DNA from: Vitrella brassicaformis CCMP3155
Lineage: Eukaryota > Protista > Chromerida
DNA length: 64,000 nucleotides
Direction: 5' to 3'
Assembly: GCA_001179505.1 (NCBI GenBank)
Contig: CDMY01000562.1
Span: 62,001-126,000 of the forward strand
Of this stretch, positions 15,543 to 27,883 are shown piece after piece. Within the stretch, counting starts at the first letter, position 1, and every line of letters starts with the position of its first letter. Under the pieces are notes generated by a model. That model had not been told where the DNA came from. It saw only the letters and a list, made by a program, of their open reading frames with translations, and did no database searches. The translations under genes and the position numbers were made by a program.

Positions 15543-18500
15543 CTATCCCCCTAGAGCCCTCATGCCGTTGAGCAGCACCAGTATCAGCGACAGCCCATCC
15601 GTCAGCGCCGCCACCCACAGAGGCACCACCATCTCGCCACCTCCCGTCGCCAGCGCCCCCAACGCCTTCCACTCAGACCCGCCGTGCACTGCCACTAACC
15701 GGTCCACCATGAGCACCAAAGCGACCAGCAGCACGCCCACCTTGAGCCCCACGGCAATGGCCAAATTCTGCCACACGATCCGGCGGCACTTGCGCGAGAG
15801 GGACACGAGCGCCGGTAGGTCGTCGAGCGACCCGTGCAGCACCACACTGGCCGACTCCACAGCCAAGTGCTGCACCAGCCCTACCCCGCCACCGCCACCA
15901 TGGAACGCCACGGCGATGCCGCAGTCGGCAGATGCGAGGGCGGGAGCGTCGTTGATGCCGTCGCCCAACATCCCCACTGCTTGACCGTACACGCCGTCCC
16001 ACATACGCTTGCAGTCGCAGAGCTGCAGCAGGGCCTCGTTGGGCGACAGAAAGGGGGGGCCCTCGCCTCCCCCCAGCGACGCCGGCTCACACCCACACGC
16101 GTCGGGGCAGGTGCATGCGTCGCACGGCCACATGGACGAGTCGGGGGTGTTGAAATCCGAGAGCGTCCGTGACTGCGCCTTGCCGATCTTGTTGACGCCG
16201 TGGCCCAGGACCCTTTTGAAATTCCACGAGTCGCTGGGGTGTGAGGGGATGGAGAGCGACGGCTGCTGCTCCTCGCTGCAGCAACGGGAGGCACATGCAG
16301 CCTTCTTGACAGGGGGGGGCTGCTGGGGCTGGGGCTGCGGCTGCACCTTGGTGGGCGACGTCAGCTTGCCCTCCCTCTCTGTCGCACGAGTCAGCCCACA
16401 CCCAGTGGTGGCCGTCGAGCAGCAGGCCGCGCTCGATGCTGCTGCTGCTGCTGGCGGCTGCTGCTCAACAGTGATCAAGGGGGGAGACACGATGGGGCCG
16501 GCGGTGATCACCTGGGGCAGGTGGTCGTGGTCCAGCAGGCGCTGCTGCTCGCTCCGTGGTGGTGAGGGCCTGCTGGTGGTGCGGCTAATGGTCAGCGAGT
16601 CCCATGACGGCTTGTTCTTGGTTGCGATGGTCCGATTGCCGCCTCGGGCACGGTGGGCGGCGATCGACCGGAGCTGCTGGATGTAGTGCATCTTGTCGGG
16701 CGGCTTGAGGCCGCCGATGGCCTTGGTGAGGGGCAGGGCAGAGGCCACAGCGGCTGCTGACTGAGGCGTGTCGCCCGTGAGTAGCACACACTTGACGCTC
16801 AACGACCGCAGCTGGCTGATGGCGCAAAACGCCGCCTGACGAAGGGGGTCCTCCACCAACGCCAGCGCCTCAACTGAGAGAGGTGAGCACAGCAATACAG
16901 ACAGACACACACCGATGGATGGATGGTAGGGTAGATCGGGTCGCGGCTTCACTCACCTTGTTGTCCCACGGCGATGTAGACGACGCTGGTGATGCTGACG
17001 CCGTGTCTGCCAGGAAGCGATGCCGGGCTGAGCCCATCGATGGCCCCATGCTGCCCAGCGGTGGGCCCGCCCATCCATTGCTGCACCAGGGTGCTTGCCT
17101 CGTGGCTCACGGTGATGTCCTGGTGGCGCATGAAGGCCAGTGAGCCGATGGTGACCATCTCGCCCTCGACCATCCCCTTGACGCCCATGCCCTTGACGAA
17201 GGTAAACTCTGTCACCTCGGGCACCGGCGGCGTCACTTCGTCCTGCCTTTGCTCGTGGAATTCGGTTGCGCAGCCCGTCCACAGATTGATGAGCAGAGCA
17301 CTCATGGGGTGGTTGGCCTTGGTCTCGACCGCTGCCGCCAGACGCAGAACGTGCTCCCTGTCGGCCTTGTTGCGGTACCACTCCGACACGATCGTGTAGT
17401 GGCCCTCTGTCAAGGTGCCTGCAAAGGTTTGGTGGCCACACATACACAAGAAAGACACAAACAAACAACTCTCTCTCTCCGTCCATCCATCCATCCATCT
17501 GTTGGTCTGTCGCCTCTCTCTAGTACCTAACCTACCGGTCTTGTCAACGGCGAGGAGTCCCAGTTGGCTGAGCGCCTCGAGCGCCTCGCTGCCCTTGACC
17601 AGAGCGCCATGCAGCCTCGCAGCGCTCACCATCCCACAGAGATACGACACAGACGGCGCCACCACGATCGAGCAGGGACACGCAACCAGCAGCACAAACA
17701 TGCCCTTTTGCGCCGCCTGCAGCAGCCCCCCGTGGCTGACCCAGTGGGCCCATCTGCCGGCCTCGGCATACTCGGTGAGGGCCACCACAATGGGGACCAT
17801 GCAGCACGCCACAGCGAGGGCGATAATCGTGGGCGTGTAGATCTGTGCGAATCGGTCCACGGCTTGGCCCACTGCTGTGGTCGTGTTGGCCTGCGCCTGC
17901 TGCACCACGCTCGACATGCGGGCGGCGACCGAGTCGTTGGCCGAGGCCGTCACGCGAACGTCAAGGTAGCCAGTCTGGAGCAGTGTCCCGCTGTAGACCT
18001 GTGTGGCGGGATGCACGTGGGGCTCACAACAAGGGCAGCCCTCTGTCTTGGCTTTGTAAGTCGGTAGCGACTCCCCGGTCAGCGAGCTCTCGTCGACGAA
18101 CCCCTCCCCGCCCACCACTGTCCCATCGATGGGAACCACCTCCCCCTCTCGCACGCGAATCACCATGCCCTCCATCAGGTCGTCGACATCCATCGGCACC
18201 AGCGCGCCGGACGTGTCGAGTGTGGGCTTCAGGAAGGCCACGTGTGGCGTGTCGAGAAGGAGCCGCGCGAGGCTGCACTGGATCTTGCTCAGGCACAGGT
18301 CGTTGAGCAGCGACGAGAGATGGTACAGGAAAGCGATGGTCGCGGCATCGACCCAGTGGCAAGAGAGGGAGGCGCCGAGCACGCCGATGGTCATCAGGAC
18401 CGACGCGTCGCATCTGCAGGCCGAGAGGGCCCGCAAGGCCGACCGGAGGAGGGAGAAGCCCGTAATGAGGATGGTCGCAGCACAGCCCAGCACGTAGAAG

Positions 18501-19088
18501 ACGCTGCGGCTGTCGTCGAAGCCCTGCAGGTCCCGCACAGACGTCACGGCCAGCAGCACCACATAGGGGAGGGTCTGCAGCAGCGGCACCCAGGCCGACC
18601 TGGCCCACTTGAGCAGCGACCACTCCTTGTCGCTGTCAGCTCCAGCCTTGCCCTTGCCGTGAGTGAGGATGGAGGCGCCCAGGTGGGCCGCGTTGAGGAT
18701 GGAGGCGATGCGCGCGGCGGGGAGGGCGGACGAGTGCTTGACGACGGCGATGTGTGTGATGGGATTGGTCTCCACCTCGTGAATCAACCCACGCACCTCG
18801 GCATCCTCACTCTCCTTCAACAGACTGCACACACGCATGGCATGCCACATAGATCAGGCACGCGCAAGCAATGGTCAGGCAGTGTGTGCAGGGTCTCTGC
18901 CGCTCGTTTCTCCTGAACACTCACCTGCGGATGAGTCTCACTTCGCTCGTGCAGCAGAGGTTCTGCACGCGGAACACCGTCACGAAGTGCCGCGGGCTTG
19001 GAGGCTCGACGGGGATGGCAACCTCCTCCACCCTGGGAGGCTCAACGGTGATGCCAACCTCCTCCACAGGGATGGCAATCTCCTCCAT
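15543..19088 (-). CDS. P1B-2-type heavy-metal (Zn/Cd) transporting P-type ATPase; 4 exons
   Basis: N-terminal HMA domain with LCCTSEV; TGES; CPC; DKTG|T split by an intron at ~17420-17535; E..ANHP; TGD; GDGINDAPALA; TM signatures N-x7-K (QNLAIAVGLK) and D-G (LTDGLS...LLNGMR). Confidence 0.93.
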
Positions 19089-19199
19089 CGCCCCGTCTGT
19101 TAGAGATCCAGCATACACGCCTCTCGAGGGGACACAAGAGCCGCTGTGCTACGACTTTTTCCACTTCAAAGCTCGAAGGGCGAGCCGTGAAACATCTTG
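19089..19199. promoter_or_regulatory. Probable bidirectional promoter; 111 bp between divergent start codons
   Basis: The ATPase ATG is at 19088 (-) and the DUF3228 ATG at 19200 (+). Inferred from geometry only. Confidence 0.5.
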
Positions 19200-21030
19200 A
19201 TGCAGAGAAGGCCCCTGGGTGTGCAGACGACAGTGTGCATCTTGGTTCTCTTAGCAGCTTGCTTGTCCGCCATCTCTGCCTCACCCAGGGCGGCATTTCT
19301 CTCATCGCTGCGGCCGCACGTTGCCGCCTCTCATGCATTCGCCCGGCGGTCAGCAGCGGCTCTGAGGAGGCCTGTGAGGATGGCTGCTGCCGCTGGTGCT
19401 TCTGCTGCAGCAGTCAAGACTTTCTCGGCGCGAGGCATCAGTCTCGGTCTTGACGCGTTTGCATGTACTGCCCACACACAGCACTGACCAGCAGAATGAG
19501 TACGGCATCGAGCTCATTCTGCATGCAGATCGGCAGTGGGACGACCCTTCTTACAAGGGCACCCGGATGAAGGGCGACAAGCAAGAGTTCATTGACAAGG
19601 TGAGATGAGCTGAGTTTGCGTGAGGGAAGTGACATTCGATGAGCAGTGCAGTGCATGGTCGTGGCGTGGTCGTGCCTGTGTGGTTGTGTGTGTTGTGCAG
19701 GTGAATGAGTTGGTGCAGCAGAATGACCTCACAATGACGGAGGGGTGAGTGAGTGAGTGAGTGAGTGAGTGAGTGGTGGGCCGCCGGCTGGCTGATCCGA
19801 TCACATCAGATCAGAGCAGATCGGATCAGCACACACGCGTGTGTGTATCCGCTTCTCTGTCAACCAGATACGCCCCGTTCTGCCGTCACATCTTCGTCGG
19901 TAACATTGTGGATGGCGTGGTGCCCGGCACCCTGGCAATCACCGACGCCAACAGACATCTGCTCAGGTAATGTACATGTGCTTCCGCCTGACATCCCATC
20001 CATCCATCCATCCATCTGTGTATGGCTGATGTGTGTGTGTGTGTGTGTGCGCCGTCGGTCGGTCGCAGGAGTGGGTACAGCGCACGTCGTCCCGAGGAGC
20101 TGCCCGTCTTGTCGCGCTGGTTCAGGGCGGGGGACGTTAAAGGTCTGCTGAGGCCGGCCAAATTCCTGGATCTCATTCTCTACAGCCGCGAGCAGATTGC
20201 AAAGGCAACACAGACAGACAGACAGACAGGCAGGCAGACAGACAGACAGACAAAGATGCCGGAGGGGTGCGCCGCGCCATCCGTTGTGTGTTTGGTTTTT
20301 TGTTGGTTCGTCCCCTCGTGTGCAGGAGAAGGCGGCCATGGACAAGACAGACGAGGTCACGATAGGTCAGTAAGTCGGTGGTGCCGTGTTGTGTGTGTGT
20401 GTGTGTGTGTGTGAGGATGGACAGCGCATTGCATCCATCGTTTGAGTGGCTGGGCTGCGTGTGTTTTCATTCACTCCTTCACTCACTCGTGGTGCAGATG
20501 AGAAGGATCCGTTGTGGTCGGTCATCTCCATCAAGGTAGGTAGGTAGGTATGTCAACTCAGGTCAGGTCACGCAAGAGGCATCCATCCATCCATCCACAT
20601 GCTGTCTATCCTTTGCACGTGTGTATATCCCGTACCTGCAGGCTCAAGACGAGGTCAGCAATGCCCACCCACCCCTCCATCCATCCATCCCATGTGCCGC
20701 GTGTGTGTGGTTGCTGGCTGGCTGTTGTCCTTATTTGCTTCCTTGGCCTTCGATCGGTCGATCAGGCATTCGAGCTGCCGATGGCGCCCATCACTATGAT
20801 GCGGAACACGCTCATCGGTGAAGGTAGGTCACTCACGCCACGCAACACACCCATCCCATCCCATACAGACCCACACTTCTACACGCCGACAAGTGTGTAT
20901 TGACTGATTGATCTCTGTGTCCGTGTGGGTGGGGTTATGGGTGCGTGAAGGTGGGAGTGGCGTGCCGATTGACCGGGAGGCCTACATGAAGAGCGTCGAG
21001 TACTGGCAGAACCACGCCGTTGTCCAGTGA
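19200..21030 (+). CDS. DUF3228-family protein with a bipartite signal+transit leader
   Basis: Spliced exons give LDAFAYRQWDDPSYKGTR, YAPFCRHIFV, LLRSGYSARRPEELPVLSRWF, FLDLILYSREQI, WSVISIK, PMAPITMMRNTLIGEGGSGVPIDREAYMKSVEYW, which I recognise as the DUF3228 pattern. One intron is GC-AG (20205-20325). Confidence 0.82.
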
Positions 21031-21589
21031 ATGCATTATGTACTCTCGTGCTGCGTGTCGGTCGTGTGGACAGACAGACAGACGGGTGGTGAAGGTGTGT
21101 GAGATGCTGTGGGGGGATGCAAAAGTGGTTCGGTTCGCTTGTCCTCCTTCAATGATTGAGCGTCGACCTTGGCACACTTTTCTGTTCTGGGTCTCTCCGG
21201 CTGTGCATCTGCGCACGGCTGTGTCGCTGGCTGCCGCCCGCGGCCGGTGGTCCGCGACACCTTGGGCCCCATTCGCAATGACGGACAGCCACAGCAAGCT
21301 GAAGAGGCTGCAATGACGTTGCGTCGGCTTTCCATTGGGCCCTACATCCCAAATGTCGCCAGGTGTGATAGATCTGATCCGGTTGCGGAAAAAAAAAACG
21401 CCATGCCTGCCGAGACTAATCAAGCTTGCTTGTCTTTGTGTGCAACAGGGTGGTGCCCGAGGATGTGAGGCTTCTGAAGGTAAGCAAGAAAAACCCGAAT
21501 CCTGCAAAAGACGGCCTGATGCCTCCATGTCAGTAAGCGGGCGGGCGAACAGGCGTCAGTCAGTATGCATCGGTCTCACCTCTCCTCCG

Positions 21590-22921
21590 TCTCTCAGCCA
21601 AGAAACACAAAGGGTCATACGGCGAGCCGAAGTACATGTCCAAGTACTTGAAGGACAGCAAGACTGCCGTCTCGTGGCTCAAAGTTCCTGCGGAGCCAAT
21701 CACCGTGCCCGCCAAGATGGAGGACCATGTGGCCTTCAGTCTCTCTGTTGACACACTGGACACCCGTCGGGAGGGAATGAAAGACGAGGCGGACTTTTTC
21801 CGGGTGAGTACATGATCACACGCACACACGTTGGTACGAGTGTTTGTCTGGCGCTGTCTCTCGGCGCATTCAGAGCTTCCCAAAGGGCATGTTTGAAGTG
21901 CGGCTTCACTCACTCACTGGTGTTTTCAGATCATCAGATGCGTCCGCGAGACACGTTGCATTTCACTGTCGTTTTGTCTCTGTCTGTCTGTCCATCTGTC
22001 TGTCTGTCTGTCCATCTGTCTGTCTGTCTGATTGTCCGCGTTTGTCTCTGGCCCATAAGGTGACGCCCCATCTCGAGGACCCGCGGGTTCTCGATGTCTC
22101 AGTCCACTGCGAGGTCAGACAATGATTTATCTGTCCATCTCACCTATCCTTCCTCCCTCCCTCCCTCGTCGTTGGCACGTGTGTTTGTTTATGTAGCTGC
22201 CGGTTGACGCCAAGTGCGCCGAAGCCCACGTCACATTCCAGCTCTACGAGTCCGTTTCCAGTCCGCCCACCATCACACAAACAGACAAGTACCCCTGCAT
22301 CATCTGCTCTCCTCTGCTTGTCTCCAGTCTTGAGCATCCCAGCGGAGAGGGAGTAGTCGCCTCCGAGCTGCCGTTAGCGGCATTCGAAAGATGAACATTA
22401 CCGGCGAGGAGACGACGAGATACACGGAGGAAACCCCGGCACCTCTACGCACTCTTAGTCAGTCAGAGACCCAGCAGACAGAGCAGATCACCGAACGAAC
22501 ACACGAATCTGGTGCAACCTTCCTCCTTGATGTTTGTATGTTCGTTTGTATATGTGTATGCAGAAAAGCAGAGGAAAGGTTGGCCCGAATACCGTGAGAC
22601 GGAAGCGTGGAGCCTTGGCAAGAGCGAAGGGGTGCGATGAGAGCCGACACAGAGCGCTGAGTCCCCTTTGCTGTGTTGTGTCGTGTCTGTATGTGTGCAG
22701 GACATCGACAAGGCACTGGCGGAGTCGCCAACGGGCGAGCTCAGGGGCAAGAAGCGCTCCAGAGACGACGATTCAACTGCTTTGGCGCCGCACAAGAAGA
22801 GAAAACTCCAGGGGGGACAGTCAGGCGTGTTTTGACGAAGCCAGCCGACCTTCACCGAACAGCCAGGCTGCAAGATGACCGAGCATGCATTCAGGTGCCC
22901 TGTGAGTTAGTGAGCGTGTGA
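21590..22921 (+). CDS. Probable multi-exon gene or genes of unknown function; structure unresolved
   Basis: Phase-consistent exons flanked by GT-AG sites, e.g. AKKHKGSYGEPKYMSKY...DFFR, VTPHLEDPRVLDVSVHCE|LPVDAKC and EKQRKGWPEY...EG|DIDKALAE...KKRKLQ. The join near 22390 is not resolved and no homology was recognised. Confidence 0.4.
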
Positions 22922-23355
22922 TAGGCTGACGGATCAAGAGTGCGAGAGCTCAGTACAGATGTGAACGACTGACGTATTCTCGCACCGCCGCATCGAATCG
23001 ATCTAGAGAGAGAACGCAATTCGACTGACACGTGCTGACGTTATCTATCAACAAAGACACACACACAGACACAGACACAGACACAGACACACACCTACCC
23101 ATCCTTCAGTCCGTTCATCCCGCTGTCCATCGGTCACAGGAGTCGGGATTCAAAGCCATCCTTGGCGCACTTGGAGTAGTCGACCTCGGCTGAGCCCGCC
23201 TGGCGCAGCCACCGCACGCACCGCACACCCCCCCGAGACACACAGTCCTCGCAGCCAGACACACACCTGCACACACGAAATGTACGCACACAGCTCAGGC
23301 AGGCAGGCAGGAAGGCAGGCGACCCCTGCCGTGGAAGTCTGTCTGCACATCCTTA

Positions 23356-24041
23356 TTACTGCGCGTCGAGTGTGACGACGGAGGTTTTGAAGCCATCGAA
23401 CCACTCGACCTTCTTGCCCTCACTGCCGAAGTCACACATGGCGTATGGCGTGTCCGTCACTGGAGCGCCGCTGGTGGCGAATGCGGCCATGTATGGCGCT
23501 GGTGGAGGGGCGATCGAGGTGTGTGCCGTGTCGGACAGGTCAGACGGGAGATTGAGGTTGTCAGAGAGATACGCCGGGTGGGGACGGAGGAAGTTGCAGT
23601 GCAGAGGCGACGCCTGCAGTATCCTCACCTGCAGTCGTTGATCGATCGCATCAGAGACACAGATGAAGTGACAGACAGAGAGACAGCTTGTGGGCTGACC
23701 AGACCGTGGTTATGAGTTGCCAGGCCCTGGCCGAGGGCATGCGATGACACAGAAGCCCGCCTCAAGCACATACCAATACGCTGCCCCTGCAGTATGGATG
23801 GACGGACGGATCCGATCCACCGATGGGATGGACGGCGGGTGTGGGGCCTTTCTCTCTCTCTGAGTTGTCTGTTGTACATGTGTCGTTGACCTGATGGGCC
23901 CCAAGTATCTGCTCGTCGGTGCAGCGCGCCAAGCCGAGCCCCAGCTCTCCCGTGTTGCCACCTAATAATGACAATGGCATCACGTGACGTGCGTGGTGCC
24001 TCCCTCCCCTCCGCGCCACACGCAGGATTGTGTGTCGCCGA

Positions 24042-24076
<35 letters not shown>

Positions 24077-24441
24077 CCCCGCCAGCCCGTCCGTCATTGG
24101 CTGACGTACGCTTCAGATATGCCTCGATGCGGACCTCAGTGCCGCCCACGGCACACGTCGGCACGACGCTCTCGACCACCGACGCGTCAATGGCCGTGAA
24201 GTTGGCAAAGTCATACAGACGGGCGATGCCGTGCTCATCTGCACACAACCCACAAACGCACACAGAGCTCTGAGCACACTTGCAGACAGCCCGGTGGCTG
24301 ACACACCGCCGCCTCAGGCTCCTCTCTCTCACCGGCGCAGTCCTGTATTCCGGGCGCGCCCGACTGTGCAAGCGATGACAAGGGCAAGAGGCCGATGAGC
24401 CACACGAAGGACAGGAGAGACAGACGCCGTCGATGAGTCAT
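23356..24441 (-). CDS. Probable secreted Cys-containing protein of unknown function
   Basis: Signal-peptide-like start MTHRRRLSLLSFVWLIGLLPLSSLAQ, followed by exons separated by microsatellite introns. The 3' end is uncertain. Confidence 0.5.
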
Positions 24442-24622
24442 TCGGTTGCGAGCTTGCCCCCAAGCCGCCCACAAGCTCGCAGTCGTTGTAGATCTCTCAC
24501 GCTGCGCAGCCGTCGAGCAGATCTCTCACGTAAGTGCACACACACGCGCCCTGATCTCTCCAAATGGATGTGATGTATATGTGTGTGTGTATGTATGTCA
24601 GGAGCTGGACAGTGTCACACAC

Positions 24623-27241
24623 ATGGAGACGAAGGAGCCAGCGGCCTCGCCACTGTCATCTGCCGGCAGCATGCACTCGCTCCGGGCAGCCCTCGACGGC
24701 CTCATGTGTGAGCACCAAGCACAGCAGCAGCAGAGGGACACCCAGATGAGATCCAACCCCGGCCGCAGCAACGACACCGACTCGCCTGAGGTACTTACAT
24801 GACATTGTGCACACCGACGATGCACACACGCTGCTTTGGTTCATTCATGTCATGGTGCCTGTCCATCCATCCACTGTGTGTTGGTCTTCCTGTGCTTGCT
24901 GCACTAATGCCTGCCTGCCCACATCCCTCAGGAGTCGACTCCCGTGTGCTGCTCGCGCAAGAAGCGGGTGTGCTGTCGAAGGCGACGGCGCGCGGTGTGG
25001 GACCCCTCAAGAGCCGCCAACCGCCAGGCGACTCTCGACGAGCGCCTGACGCACCATCTCACCAAGATCACCGCCGTCACACGGGACATCTTCGCGCCCC
25101 TTTGCAACGAGGAGGAGGACGACGACCTGCCAGATCCCGTCTCATTCGACCGCCCCCCGACAGGTACATCTTCTGCCTCGTCTCGTGTGGCCGACGAGGC
25201 GGAGCGGCTGATCAACGACAACCGTTGGCTGCCGGCTCTCGTCAACTCGCTGCTCTCAGCATCGTTCTACGAGATGTGCAACAGGCGGCTGCTGTATACG
25301 GCCCTCTTGAGGCTGGTCCGGGAGCTGCTGACCTGGAGCAGGGCCACGCTGCCGCTGCCGTCACCGCACCAGGGAGAGCACAGCCAAAGGTGCAATTGTG
25401 GTGGTCGTGAGGGTGAGAGGGGCCTGCTGGACATCCTTCGCGAGCCCCACCTGGCAAGCCGCCCCGGCCACCCCCTCGTCAACGCGCTGTCCGGCCTGAG
25501 GGAGCAGGCCAAAGTGTATCTGTCGGGCATTGATGTGACGGCAAACAGGAGGAGCAAGGCCGTCGGCGACCACCACCACACGACGACCATGGACCTGGCA
25601 TCGCTGCCGCCGGTCGGTCAACGGACACCCGAAGCGTCAGCGTCAGCATCAGCGTCAGCATCTGGATCGGCAGATCTGGGCCACAAGACGGGCAAGGAGG
25701 AGTGGGCGAAGGGGAGAGACGCCTTCGTTGCGGTGTCGGTCCCACCCCATGACGACTCCGAGGTCACCGAGTGCCGGGCGCTGGCGTCGCTCGTCATGTC
25801 CATTTGCCACGACTTGCTGCCCCCGGCGGTCCCCGCCCCGCCCTCCCGCTTCATCTTCGACATGTCCTTCATGTCATTCACACCGCACCGACACACCCAC
25901 ACCAACAGCCACAGCCACAGCAACATGTACCACCACAGCAACACGGACAGGACCCCGAGCACCAGTGGCGCCTCGGCCACCAGTGGCAGCACCAGCACCA
26001 GGTCGTCATCGCCACGTGTGGTAGTGTGGGGTGGGGAGGCGGCCGAGTCCGAAGCCGACAAGTACTGCCGCATCATGCAGCAATTCCAGGTGGGTGCGCC
26101 ACGGAGGGAGGGAGGGAGGGATATATGTGACGGAGTGCACAGACAGACAGCCAGACAGGCAGACGGCAGGCACATGTGGTTGTGTGCATGTGGTTGTGTG
26201 TTGTCACGTGGATGGGTGTGCGTCAGGTGGGGAGTGCGTCTTTGCTGAGCTGCCATGCGTATCGCAACGAGGTGCGCAAGGAGGCCGCCAGCGGCACACC
26301 CATCCACAGCGCACGACATGCGAGACTCCTCAAGGAAATGGCCGGTCAGTCGTCAGCACAATTATCCCGCCAAGCATCCATCTATTTGTTCTGCCTGCCT
26401 GCCTGTCTGCCTGCCTGCGCCCCCGGTGTGCGCAGGGTTGTCGACACTGCTGCCTCTGAACCCCTCGTCGAGCATATTTGTGCGTTTCGACGAGTCCAAC
26501 ATCAGTTTGTGGCGGGCTCTGATCACCGGGCCGGAGGGCACCCCGTATGACAGCGGCGGGTTCGTCTTTGACATCTACTGCCCCCCCAGCTACCCATCTA
26601 TGCCGCCAAAAGTCACTCTCATCACCACAGGTGGGGCTGGCATGGCCATAGACCAACCAACCAACCAACCGGCAGACAGACAGACAGACAGATAGGCACA
26701 CCAACAAACACAACACAACACAAAGGCTCTTCTGTGTGTGTGTGTGTGTGTGTCTGTGTGTGTTTTTGTTTGTGGATGGTCACAGGCAACTATCAGGTTT
26801 CTTTCAACCCCAATCTGTACGTCAGCGGTCGGGTGTGCCTTTCGCTGCTCAACACCTGGGCAGGCAGAGACGAGGAGACCTGGGACCCCGTCGCCTCGAC
26901 CATCCTGCAGGTAAGTCACTGACTGATGGATGGATCGATGATGCACGACACAACACAACGCATCACACGCAGCTGGCCCGCCGCTCAACGGATGCGCGTG
27001 TGTGTGTGTGTGTGTGTGTGCGAGTAGGTGTTGGTGTCCATCCAGGCGCTCATTTTCGTGCCGGACCCTTGGTTTAACGAACCAGTAGGCGCACACCACA
27101 CCACACCACACCAGACGGACTCAGATGGACGTACGTGACCTGTCGTGTGCTTATGTGTAGGGTTTGGCCGTCTTCAAGCGATGGGCATTCGCACAGAAGT
27201 ACGCACACACAGGCTTTTTCCTGCCTGCGTGTGCAAGCAGC

Positions 27242-27273
<32 letters not shown>

Positions 27274-27838
27274 ATTCAGGCGTTCGCTGCGCTACACCAT
27301 GAGCATCCGGGAATATACTGTGGGGTGGGCCATTCGCTGGCACATGAGGACCGCCCCCCACACCGAGTTCGCCGACGCCCTTAACCACCACTTTGCCCTC
27401 CGCTCCCAACACATCCTCGACACCATCCGCCGCTGGATCGCCGAGGCCGCCGACTTCGACAACACCTGCAGCACCAATTCCAACGGCACCACACACAAAA
27501 GGGCAACCAAGGCGGCCAGCAGTACCACCGGCAGCAACAAGCACCGCAGCGCGCTGCCCGAGGAGCCACAACAACATGAGACCGACGGGGTGCGGGGGGC
27601 ATCGCCGACTGGCCTGTGCCGTCACGGCAGTGGCCCATCGGGGTCATTGTCAGCAGCAGCTGCTGGGTGTGCTAGTCCACACAGTGGGGGGCGTGTGGGT
27701 GGTGATGGCGATGCGGTGGATTGCGATGGCGGTGGTCGGGATCGTCACCATGATCATGATGAGTCGTATTTGGTGTCGACGCTGCCATTGCTGGAGGAGG
27801 GCCTCCAGCAGCTCGTCAAAGACCTACGGCTGCGGTGA
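24623..27838 (+). CDS. Ubiquitin-conjugating enzyme with a BIRC6/Apollon-type UBC domain and a long N-terminal region
   Basis: SSIFVRFDE...[34 protein letters not shown]...[21 protein letters not shown]...WDP...[24 protein letters not shown], with the active-site Cys present. The start codon is uncertain. Confidence 0.88.
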
Positions 27839-27850
27839 CTGGAGATTTTC

Positions 27851-27883
<33 letters not shown>

